Below are positions 7,669 through 14,226 of a DNA stretch of 61,919 nt, piece after piece. This DNA is from a virus. Under the pieces are notes generated by a model. That model had not been told where the DNA came from, ran no database searches, and saw nothing but the letters and a program-made list of their open reading frames with translations. How positions within the stretch are numbered: position 1 is the stretch's first letter; each line of letters starts with the position of its first letter. A program made the position numbers and the translations under genes. The stretch spans positions 1 to 61,919 of the IMG/VR virus record IMGVR_UViG_3300034025_000033, one strand, 5' to 3'.

Positions 7669-8111
7669 TTGCTGCCTCCCTCGGTCATCTTGTCGGCGAA
7701 ATAATTGGCCCAGGCCCACCACTTTTCCTCTCGCCTCTCCATGTGCCAGGCGTTGAATTCCTTGCGCTGGTTTTGCACGCGCTGCCAGCGCACCATGAAG
7801 TCCTGCACCGGCCTGGACAGGCCGGCGAAGTCGGTTGCCGCGCCGGCTGTCCAGGCGGCCAGTTCCTGCTGCTGGCCGGGCGTCAATTCTTCCTCGGGCA
7901 GCAGCTCGGGCGGGTTCGGCGGCGGCGCGCCTTCGGCCTTGTTGCGGAACCACTTCGGCACCTCGGGCGCGTTCGTGATGAACCATTCGCGGCGCGAGAT
8001 CAGGCTGGCGCTGGCCGGCACTGCCTTGGCCTGCTGGCGCAACTCCCACACCTCGCGCGTGCCATCGCGCGGGAAGATCGGCAGGCCGCTGTTATCAATC
8101 AGGTGGCTCAT
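7665..8111 (-). CDS. Hypothetical protein (148 aa)
   Basis: ATG at 8111 (MSHLIDNSG) in ATGA overlap with the upstream gene. W-rich C-terminus. Confidence 0.65.
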   Translation of the reverse strand: MSHLIDNSGLPIFPRDGTREVWELRQQAKAVPASASLISRREWFITNAPEVPKWFRNKAEGAPPPNPPELLPEEELTPGQQQELAAWTAGAATDFAGLSRPVQDFMVRWQRVQNQRKEFNAWHMERREEKWWAWANYFADKMTEGGSK

Positions 8112-8638
8112 GCCGTCACCCGCTGGTAAATGGCCATCAGCATGTCGTCGGGCAGCTTGTCCAGCTCCATCTCGTGCCATTCGTGCCAGCCCATATCGCC
8201 CATGTAGGTCAGCCCGCGCGCCTCGTATTCCTTGGTCATCTGGTCGGGCACGCCGGTGCCGCAGATCGCATGCACCAGCATCTGGCGCGGAATATCCAGC
8301 GGCAGCGGCGCATACTTCGCGTCCGGGTCGATCGCGAACGGCTCGCCCGTCTCGCGCTTGACGATGTGCGAGACGAATTCGCCGCGGGTCGGCATGCGCG
8401 CACCGAACGGGGCACCCGGGATGCTACCGGCGGCGGCCGCGTTGGCGAAGTCGTCGAACACGGCCTTGATCTCGGCGCGGCCCGGGATCTGCCCGACCGG
8501 CATGATCGCGGTGAGCTTGCCCATCTGCTCGCCCGGCAGGCGCACATAGACCGTCACCAGCACCTCGACCGGCGCGTGCATTTCCAGGCTGGCCAGGTCG
8601 ATCTTTTCCAGGCCGTTGAATTTTTCAGGCTGCGACAT
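8108..8638 (-). CDS. Hypothetical protein (176 aa)
   Basis: ATG at 8638 (MSQPEKFNG) preceded by AAGGAAAA. Overlaps the methyltransferase 3' end by 14 nt. Confidence 0.7.
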   Translation of the reverse strand: MSQPEKFNGLEKIDLASLEMHAPVEVLVTVYVRLPGEQMGKLTAIMPVGQIPGRAEIKAVFDDFANAAAAGSIPGAPFGARMPTRGEFVSHIVKRETGEPFAIDPDAKYAPLPLDIPRQMLVHAICGTGVPDQMTKEYEARGLTYMGDMGWHEWHEMELDKLPDDMLMAIYQRVTA

Positions 8639-8651
8639 TTTGGTTTTCCTT
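8625..8651. repeat. 27-bp direct repeat, downstream copy flanking the methyltransferase gene
   Basis: Minus-sense AAGGAAAACCAAAATGTCGCAGCCTGA versus AAGGAAAACGAACATGTCGCAGCCTGA at 9412..9438 (25/27 identical). Each copy contains an SD, an ATG, the codons MSQP, and the preceding gene's TGA. Confidence 0.9.
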
Positions 8652-9425
8652 GTTGGTTGCAAATAGGTCGTCTTGCGAATAGCTGCCGGTTTCGATCGGA
8701 CCGGCCATGCGCTTCTCGGCGGTAGCAAAGTGGTCAGCGTCCGTTTCCATGCCGATGTAGTTGCGCCCGGCAATGCGCGCGGCCATGCCGATGCTGGCCG
8801 ACCCCATGAACGGGTCGAGCACCACGCCGCCTGCCGGCACCGAGTAGCGCACCAGCGGCAGGCACAGTTCGACCGGCTTTTGCGTCGGGTGCAGCGCGCC
8901 GCCGTGCTCGTTCGGGTGAAACAGCACGCTGCGCATCATGCGTGGCCCGCCGTCTTCGCTGACGTAGTGGCCGGCATCGATGTCGCCCCAATGCGCGGCG
9001 CGCGTCTTGCGACGAACCGTCTTGGCGGTGGCGTCCTGCGTGTACTGCGTTTCGCGGTACAGGTCCGCCCAGGCGCCGCGGTAGAACATGACGGCGTGTT
9101 CGTGCACGCGGCGGAACCGATCGTTGTGAAATCCGGTGCCGTTCTGCTTCTCCCACACGATGTCCTGGCTGTACTTGAAACCCAGCGCTTCCATCTGTGC
9201 AAACAGCGGCGCCAGAAAACGCATGCTGCCGAAAATCCAGATCGGTGCCGTCGGCTTGAGCACGCGCGCCACGTCCGCCAGCCAGCCGCCCACGATCACG
9301 TCCCATTCCAGCGACGTGTCGCCGTATGGCGGATCGGTAATGCAGGCATCCACGCTGGCATCGGCCATGGTGCGCAGAACGTCGCGGCAATCGCCGAAGT
9401 GCAGGGCGATATCAGGCTGCGACAT
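8625..9425 (-). CDS. DNA N6-adenine/N4-cytosine methyltransferase (beta-class, 266 aa)
   Basis: An N-terminal DPPY motif (ACITDPPYGDT) precedes the AdoMet motif VLDPFMGSASIG, the order typical of the N6_N4_Mtase family. No cognate endonuclease is adjacent. Confidence 0.9.
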   Translation of the reverse strand: MSQPDIALHFGDCRDVLRTMADASVDACITDPPYGDTSLEWDVIVGGWLADVARVLKPTAPIWIFGSMRFLAPLFAQMEALGFKYSQDIVWEKQNGTGFHNDRFRRVHEHAVMFYRGAWADLYRETQYTQDATAKTVRRKTRAAHWGDIDAGHYVSEDGGPRMMRSVLFHPNEHGGALHPTQKPVELCLPLVRYSVPAGGVVLDPFMGSASIGMAARIAGRNYIGMETDADHFATAEKRMAGPIETGSYSQDDLFATNKENQNVAA

Positions 9426-9438
9426 GTTCGTTTTCCTT
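9412..9438. repeat. 27-bp direct repeat, upstream copy flanking the methyltransferase gene
   Basis: See 8625..8651. The two copies are 787 bp apart and bracket exactly one ORF. Confidence 0.9.
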
Positions 9439-9816
9439 TGCAAAGACATTCGTTTTCATCAGCTGCTTGACCAGGTCCGGCATCGCCGACCCATAGCCCC
9501 AGTCTTCCTGCAGGTGCGCGAACGGCACCTGCTCGCCCTTGCGAATGAATTTCTCCAGCGCCTCGATCAGGGCTTGCCCCTTCTCGCCCACGCTGCAGCC
9601 GATCCAGGGGCGCGTCAGCGGCGCGAACTGCATGCCGGTCAGGTGGTCGACGAACCAGGCCTGCTCGAACTCGTCGAGGTAGAAGCGCGCCACGCGCTCG
9701 TTCGCCGGGCTGAAAAACAGCTGGCGGCCGGTGCCGGCGATCGCGGCCAGCACCGCGTTGGCCGCTTCCTCGCGCTTGGCGATGGGTTTCTTTTTTACGT
9801 TGTCCATTGTTGTCAC
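9412..9816 (-). CDS. Hypothetical protein (134 aa)
   Basis: ATGA-type coupling with the upstream gene (9813..9816). It ends ...KENEHVAA inside the direct repeat. Confidence 0.65.
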   Translation of the reverse strand: MTTMDNVKKKPIAKREEAANAVLAAIAGTGRQLFFSPANERVARFYLDEFEQAWFVDHLTGMQFAPLTRPWIGCSVGEKGQALIEALEKFIRKGEQVPFAHLQEDWGYGSAMPDLVKQLMKTNVFAKENEHVAA

Positions 9817-10067
9817 TCTCCTATTTGTAGTTGTCGATCATCGCGCACGGCCAGCACGTACACCACGCCGTCCTCGCAATCCTTCATGCCGGCACGCGCC
9901 GCCAGTTCGCTGGCCTTGTTGCATACCGCTACCCACTGGCCGCGAAACAGGCAGCCGCGACATCCGGCGCCGTGCGGCCTGGCGGTAAAATCGAGCGCCG
10001 CCGGATCCAGCGCTTCGGCATCGCGCGGGCCGCGCCAGTCGATCAGGGCGGTGTACTTTTCGCCCAT
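9813..10067 (-). CDS. Hypothetical protein (84 aa)
   Basis: Compact ORF 3 nt after the upstream stop. Several Cys residues (CRGC...C...C). Confidence 0.6.
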   Translation of the reverse strand: MGEKYTALIDWRGPRDAEALDPAALDFTARPHGAGCRGCLFRGQWVAVCNKASELAARAGMKDCEDGVVYVLAVRDDRQLQIGE

Positions 10068-10070
10068 GGA

Positions 10071-10256
10071 TCAGCCCTTCTGTTTCGTCTTCAAAACGAA
10101 CAACTCCCACAGGCCCGCCGGCATGACCGTCTTGCGGCTGGTCTGCCCCTCCCAGCGCGCCCAGGTCAACGGCTTGACGCCAACGAGCGCCGCCGCCTGC
10201 GCGCATGTCATATCCACCGCCTTGCGCGCCGCCTTGATTTCCTTCTGAGTTGGCAC
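10071..10256 (-). CDS. Small HTH regulator (61 aa, GTG start)
   Basis: GGAGG sits 4 nt before the GTG. The XRE/Cro-like segment MTCAQAAALVGVKPLTWARWE is present. It is the first gene behind the TATAAT/palindrome promoter. Confidence 0.7.
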   Translation of the reverse strand: MPTQKEIKAARKAVDMTCAQAAALVGVKPLTWARWEGQTSRKTVMPAGLWELFVLKTKQKG

Positions 10257-10285
10257 CTTTCCTCCGGTCTTGTTGGCTAATCTTT

Positions 10286-10305
10286 ATTATATCCGAAGGA
10301 TATAA
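10286..10305 (-). promoter_or_regulatory. Perfect -10 (TATAAT) overlapped by an 8-3-8 palindrome (operator-like)
   Basis: Minus-strand TATAAT is at 10291..10286. The inverted repeat TTATATCC-gaa-GGATATAA spans 10287..10305. The -35 candidate is weak (TTACCT/TACCTA). Confidence 0.6.
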
Positions 10306-10312
10306 ACGTAGG

Positions 10313-10342
10313 TAAATAAAAGGCCGTGTTGCAAAACGGCCT
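10313..10342 (-). terminator. Intrinsic terminator after the replication module
   Basis: Minus strand AGGCCGT-tttgcaac-ACGGCCT followed by TTTTATTT, 9 nt after the stop of the 217-aa gene. Confidence 0.8.
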
Positions 10343-10350
10343 CATCATAT

Positions 10351-11004
10351 TTACTGAACCAGCGGGCCGGCCAGCCGGGCAATCGGATCGCCCATATTCA
10401 CCCTGACAAGCCCGCCGGCGCCAGCGTTGCCGCGTTTGAATACCTGCTTCGCCTTTTCCTGGTCGCCCACCAGAATCATCGGCAGTAGCGGCAGGTTGTG
10501 CGCCTCGTTATGCGCGTTGCCGGTGCCGGTCAGCTTGGCCGGGTAGTCGGGAAGCTCGCCGCGCATGCGGAAACTGCGGTAGCGCGTCTGGAATTCCTTG
10601 CCGGCGAAGTGCAGGTCTTTCGGGTCGGGAATGCCGGCCACCTTTACCCAGCCGCCCATGTCGGCGATGACGCGGTGGATCAGCGGGTCATCGAAGATCA
10701 GGTCGTCCCATATGCCGCGCGTGCGCACCGCTGTCTCAACTTTCGACCATGCCACCGCCGCCTGGTCGACCGTGCTGCCCTCGATCATCTTGATGATGTC
10801 GGAATTGCGCGGCATCCAGCGCCCGGCCTCGTCAGGCAGTTGCGTGTGCGCCCAGCAGGCGCGCTCGATCGCCTCGTAGTCGTACTGCTTCAGCCCTTGC
10901 CAGTAGATGCCGGCCACGGCCTTGGAAATCTCCGACTTGTAATAGTCGGACAGGGCGGTGAGCAGCGCGGCGAAGCGGCGCCGTTCCTCGATGTTATCGT
11001 CCAC
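10351..11004 (-). CDS. Lambda-P-like replication protein / helicase-loader candidate (217 aa)
   Basis: The N-terminal pattern ...GIYWQGLKQYDYEAIERACWAHTQLPDEAGRWMPRNSDIIKMI resembles the lambda P / G39P-type motif (W..L...V..A......FxPsP..i) as I recall it. Its position fits a replication module. Confidence 0.5.
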   Translation of the reverse strand: MDDNIEERRRFAALLTALSDYYKSEISKAVAGIYWQGLKQYDYEAIERACWAHTQLPDEAGRWMPRNSDIIKMIEGSTVDQAAVAWSKVETAVRTRGIWDDLIFDDPLIHRVIADMGGWVKVAGIPDPKDLHFAGKEFQTRYRSFRMRGELPDYPAKLTGTGNAHNEAHNLPLLPMILVGDQEKAKQVFKRGNAGAGGLVRVNMGDPIARLAGPLVQ

Positions 11005-11317
11005 TTTCGTAATCCTCCAGCCAGTCCTGCAGGTTGTTGGCCGTCGCCTGGCCGTGCTTGCCCAGCGCCGGGAATGTGGAGCGGTGCGTTTTTGCCGGGT
11101 CTGCGCGCCGCTCCGCGATCGCGAACAGACCCTGCCACGAATTCATCACCGACTGATCGATGACAGCTTCAATATTCTGCCCCTCGGCGCGCAGTTTTTC
11201 CAGCACGCCGATCTGCAGCTTGATGGCGCGGTCGGTCATCGGCTTCTTGATCTTCTTGCGCATCTCGACGTAGCCGGCCCAGGCTTCGGCGGGGATCCAG
11301 TCAGGAATGGCGCTCAT
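10994..11317 (-). CDS. Replication-module protein of unknown function (107 aa)
   Basis: IPDWIPAEAWAGYVEMRKKIKKPMTDRAIKLQIGVLEKLRAEGQNIEAVIDQSVMNSWQGLF is a motif I associate with phage replication/initiator-associated proteins. ATGA coupling upstream. Confidence 0.55.
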   Translation of the reverse strand: MSAIPDWIPAEAWAGYVEMRKKIKKPMTDRAIKLQIGVLEKLRAEGQNIEAVIDQSVMNSWQGLFAIAERRADPAKTHRSTFPALGKHGQATANNLQDWLEDYESGR

Positions 11318-11520
11318 TGTGGCACCTCTTCACCCAGCGCGCGGGCAGTGGCTTCGTTCACGGCGCGGTTGATTGCGCCGATGATGGCCTGTGCGTGCTC
11401 GGGCCAGAAGGAGATGTACTGGATCGCCTCGCCTGGAACATTACAGTCCTGCTCGATGACGATTTCGCCCGAGTCGTTTGTGTGAATTTCGATCATTTCT
11501 TGTGCCCTCACCGCGATCAT
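11314..11520 (-). CDS. Hypothetical protein (68 aa)
   Basis: ATG at 11520 in ATGA overlap with the antirepressor stop. Acidic small protein. Confidence 0.55.
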   Translation of the reverse strand: MIAVRAQEMIEIHTNDSGEIVIEQDCNVPGEAIQYISFWPEHAQAIIGAINRAVNEATARALGEEVPQ

Positions 11521-12203
11521 ACTTGTCCCTTGATTTGATGTTTTGCCCACTCGCCCGCGATCCAGGTGATGCCCTTGGGGGTGAAGCGGGCAGAGTTGTA
11601 AGCATGGCCGCTGACTTCTGCCGTGCCGGCACGTACCTCAAAGCGCCCGGCGTCGAGCTGGTCGGCATACGGCACCCACTCGCCGCCCAGCTTGTACATG
11701 ATTTTGCGTTCTTCCAGGAAGGCGCGGAAATCTCCCTCTTTCGCCTTGAGCAGCTTGCAGACCTGACGGAATCCTTTCGATCCGGTCGAGTCCACGTAAC
11801 GGTCGACGAAGTCCAGCGCAGGCCTGGCCGCCTCCAGTTCAGCCGCCAGCCGGATACGCTCGCGTTCGGACTGCACGCCCATTTCCAGAAGTTGAAGAGT
11901 CGATAACTCTAGGTTATGGGACGTTTTTGCCTCCAACTCTTGCCAGCGGTCGACCAGGCGCGCAGTGAACTCGGGCGACAGTTGCGCGACGACGACATAG
12001 GAGTCTCGTTTGCACAAACGATACTCCCCTGCTGGACGCCCCAAAGTATCGAGGTATTCCCCCAATGGGGGATCACTGATGAGGCCGCTTTTTACCAAAC
12101 GCTCGATGCTTTGTTTGACCTTGTCGTGCCGCGATTCGACCAGATCGGCGATTTCTCGGCTGGTCATGGTTTTTTCTGTCTGATGTATTGCCATTTGATT
12201 CAT
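11517..12203 (-). CDS. Antirepressor: Rha N-terminal domain plus KilAC/ANT C-terminal domain (228 aa)
   Basis: MTSREIADLVESRHDKVKQSIERL is Rha-like. FRQVCKLLKAKEGDFRAFLEERKIMYKLGGEWVPYADQLDAGRFEV is KilAC-like. AGGAG sits 5 nt before the ATG at 12203. Confidence 0.85.
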   Translation of the reverse strand: MNQMAIHQTEKTMTSREIADLVESRHDKVKQSIERLVKSGLISDPPLGEYLDTLGRPAGEYRLCKRDSYVVVAQLSPEFTARLVDRWQELEAKTSHNLELSTLQLLEMGVQSERERIRLAAELEAARPALDFVDRYVDSTGSKGFRQVCKLLKAKEGDFRAFLEERKIMYKLGGEWVPYADQLDAGRFEVRAGTAEVSGHAYNSARFTPKGITWIAGEWAKHQIKGQV

Positions 12204-12476
12204 CACGACTCCTATCTGCCAATAAGTTAATGTTTCAGGTGAATCAAGCAAGTACGTATTCCTAAGGGGCTTGAGCGAGACTCAGACTTAGCCCGAGCCT
12301 TCACATAAACGTTCCTGTGGGGAATCGCTATGACCCGTCAGCCTTGCGCATGTGAGGTGCTAACTTCGACGCCTCATTGGGTGCTTCCCATGCTTTGCCC
12401 ACAGTACCCAGTTCCCCCGATGCCCCTGGTGCTTGCGTTCCCAGGCAGTCGGTAGTTGATGCGGCAGAAATGACAA

Positions 12477-12580
12477 AAGCCCTATAAGTCTCGGCGCTTT
12501 TCATCGTGGCAGCGATCTGGGATTCAACCCAAGAAAAACGCCGAAGCTTATAGGGCTTCGGTATCTGTCAATGCTGCCAC
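12477..12580 (-). promoter_or_regulatory. Structured RNA element with mutually exclusive folds (candidate attenuator or immunity RNA)
   Basis: Helix GTGGCAGC/GCTGCCAC (12580..12573 with 12513..12506) encloses a terminator hairpin. A 20-bp long-range helix (12558..12539 with 12496..12477) competes for the same nucleotides and ends in CUUUUG. Confidence 0.45.
12534..12561 (-). terminator. Intrinsic terminator inside the ORF-free region
   Basis: Minus strand CCGAAGC-CCTATAA-GCTTCGG followed by CGTTTTTCTT. Confidence 0.7.
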
Positions 12581-12621
12581 ATCAACGGGTGAATAGTAAA
12601 GAAGTTTCCAAAGTTGCGCCA

Positions 12622-12755
12622 TGTCTATTTCTGTCTATAACTATTCTGATTTATATCAAAAAGCTATAAATCAAAAGTTGGGACAAAAATCGGGCAGATT
12701 GTGGACAAATTTCGGACGACCGTTCAACGAGGAGTCAACGGTCGGTCAACGGTCG
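12622..12755. repeat. AT-rich tract with phased short repeats (iteron-like; origin or operator-array candidate)
   Basis: TGTCTAT x2 (12622, 12632). TCAAAA(A)G x2. GGACAAAAATCGG / GGACAAATTTCGG 22 bp apart (12681, 12703). Perfect tandem GTCAACGGTCG x2 (12734..12755) plus an inverted CGACCGTT (12717..12724). Confidence 0.6.
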
Positions 12756-12763
12756 TTGAAATG

Positions 12764-12785
12764 AAAAAGCCCCATCAAAGGGGCT
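12764..12785 (-). terminator. Intrinsic terminator after the Ref-like gene
   Basis: Minus strand AGCCCC-tttgat-GGGGCT followed by TTTTCATTTC, 35 nt after the stop at 12821. Confidence 0.75.
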
Positions 12786-12787
12786 TA

Positions 12788-12829
12788 GAAGGGTATCGAA
12801 AGGGTTAGCGAAGGGTTCCGCTACCCTTC
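12788..12829. repeat. GAAGGGT motif array
   Basis: GAAGGGT (12788), GAAAGGGT (12798), GAAGGGT (12810) and an inverted ACCCTTC (12823) at 10-13-bp spacing. The last pair forms a 7-bp palindrome across the Ref-like stop codon. Confidence 0.6.
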
Positions 12830-13303
12830 TGGCGGCGAGAAATCCAGCAGCGCATACAGCTCGGCCAGCATCTGCTGCTCGGTGCCGTACATCTGGCCGA
12901 ATATCTTCTTGGCGCCGTGCAGGCTGACGCGCTCCAGCGGGTCGGTGTCGTCCGGCTGGTGGTGCGGGCCGCACAGGGGCAGCACGAGGAAATGCGCGCC
13001 CGGCTTGGTCCTGCCGTCGACGTGGTGCAGGCTGATGTGGCGGTTCTCGCGCCCGTCCTTCGTGCACGCCATGCACGGCACCTGGCCGGCCCGGTCCATG
13101 AAGGCGCGTTCTGCCGCCGTCGGCGCGCGGCCCTTCAAGCCGCGGCTGCGCTTTTTTGGCGCGCGCTGCTTGACCTCGGCCACTGGTGCGGCTTTCGGCG
13201 TGGCCGCGCGCTTAATCGGCGTTCTGGCCAGCGTGGCGGTGCCGCGCGCCATGGGCGAGCGCTTCAAGCCATTGGTGCCGGGCTGGATCGGCGACCTTTT
13301 CAT
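12821..13303 (-). CDS. Ref-type (P1 recombination enhancement function / DUF968-like) HNH nuclease (160 aa)
   Basis: A basic N-terminus is followed by ERAFMDRAGQVPCMAC...HHVDG...PLCGPHH, the Cys/His arrangement I associate with RecA-dependent Ref nucleases. Confidence 0.7.
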   Translation of the reverse strand: MKRSPIQPGTNGLKRSPMARGTATLARTPIKRAATPKAAPVAEVKQRAPKKRSRGLKGRAPTAAERAFMDRAGQVPCMACTKDGRENRHISLHHVDGRTKPGAHFLVLPLCGPHHQPDDTDPLERVSLHGAKKIFGQMYGTEQQMLAELYALLDFSPPEG

Positions 13304-13337
13304 GTGCGGCGGCGCTGGTTGCGCCCGTAGCGGCGGC

Positions 13338-13799
13338 TCATGCTGCGCTCCCGGTTTCGTCAGGCACGGTGTCGCCGAATTTACTGGCCACGTAGGCGCG
13401 CATGGCGGCCACCAGCGGGGTAGCCGCGCTTTCTTGCCAGCTGTCTAGCGTCCTACCACTCCAACTAGCCACATTCCCCAATTCCGGCCGCCACGGCATC
13501 AACTGTATGCGCTCGCGCTCGATGATCGGCCCGCCCTGCGCCCAGTCGGTCGAGAAATTCGGCACGCCATCTCCGAAGAATCCGATCTGGATGTCGGCGA
13601 ACGTCAACGCTTCGGTGTAGCGCTCCTTCTGCGCCTCCCAGTCGCGCCTTCCTCTCCAGGGTTCACGCGCGCCAGGAGGCTGCTGCACGCACAGCGTATA
13701 GGACTCGCGCATGCCGCGCGTTTCTTTCCAGAATCGGTATCCCAGCGCCCGCGCCACCCAATAATTCAGCAACTCGCCGGTCAAGTCTTTCGTCTGCAT
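13338..13799 (-). CDS. DUF2591-like phage protein (153 aa)
   Basis: The N-terminus MQTKDLTGELLNYWVARALGY matches the DUF2591 opening motif. GGAG RBS. Confidence 0.7.
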   Translation of the reverse strand: MQTKDLTGELLNYWVARALGYRFWKETRGMRESYTLCVQQPPGAREPWRGRRDWEAQKERYTEALTFADIQIGFFGDGVPNFSTDWAQGGPIIERERIQLMPWRPELGNVASWSGRTLDSWQESAATPLVAAMRAYVASKFGDTVPDETGSAA

Positions 13800-13854
13800 T
13801 GTCTTTCTCCTTATTGTCTATATGGGGCGCCGCCCTGGTTGAGCGGCGCCTAGA

Positions 13855-14226
13855 TTACGGTCGCATTCTGATTGCGCGGGCACGGCCGTGGCCCAGTGTG
13901 ATGTAGCCCTTGCGCTCCAGCGCCAGCAGATGGTCCTGTGCGGCGTTGGCCGATCTGAAACCGAGTCCGTCCGCGATTTCGCGGTGAGTCGGTGCCATGG
14001 CGTTGTCGCGGATGTACCGGAACAGGAAAGCGAAGACTTCCCGCTGCCGGTCCGTCAGCGCCGGGCGTTTGTCGCACGCCTGTGCTGGCGCCGGATCAGC
14101 AGCAGTATCGGCGATGAAATCGAGAATGGCGGCCTTCCTCTGTTCCCGCTCATCACCTTCGGGCGCCATGGAAAAGCGCCGTACCAGAAGCCAGAACTCG
14201 GGTCGATCAAGTTTCTGCTTTATCAT
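13855..14226 (-). CDS. LexA N-terminal DNA-binding-domain-only protein (123 aa)
   Basis: ALTDRQREVFAFLFRYIRDNAMAPTHREIADGLGFRSANAAQDHLLALERKGYITLGHGRARAIRM parallels E. coli LexA residues ~3-68. The ORF stops at the linker, with no cleavage site and no S24 peptidase domain. It has a 55-aa novel N-terminal extension. Confidence 0.8.
   Translation of the reverse strand: MIKQKLDRPEFWLLVRRFSMAPEGDEREQRKAAILDFIADTAADPAPAQACDKRPALTDRQREVFAFLFRYIRDNAMAPTHREIADGLGFRSANAAQDHLLALERKGYITLGHGRARAIRMRP

Noticed and set aside
7357-8049. 230-aa ORF taken as a single gene
   Set aside because: Only the 3' third has protein-like composition and its own GGGAGG-GTG start at 7668. The 5' part overlaps the real 148-aa gene (7665..8111), which lies in another frame.
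12330-12458. 42-codon plus-strand ORF (MTRQPCACEVLTSTPHW...) in the ORF-free region
   Set aside because: It faces against the direction of all surrounding transcription, has only a marginal GGGGAA upstream, and has an odd Pro/Cys/Leu composition. I could not support it as coding.
12517-12533. tRNA T-arm-like sequence ctGGGattcaaCCCaag
   Set aside because: The stem is only 3-4 bp with a 6-nt loop. No acceptor, D or anticodon arms could be built around it on either strand.
12700-12708. DnaA box TGTGGACAA
   Set aside because: It has one mismatch at a conserved position and occurs only once. It is mentioned only as part of the repeat cluster and is not called as a feature.
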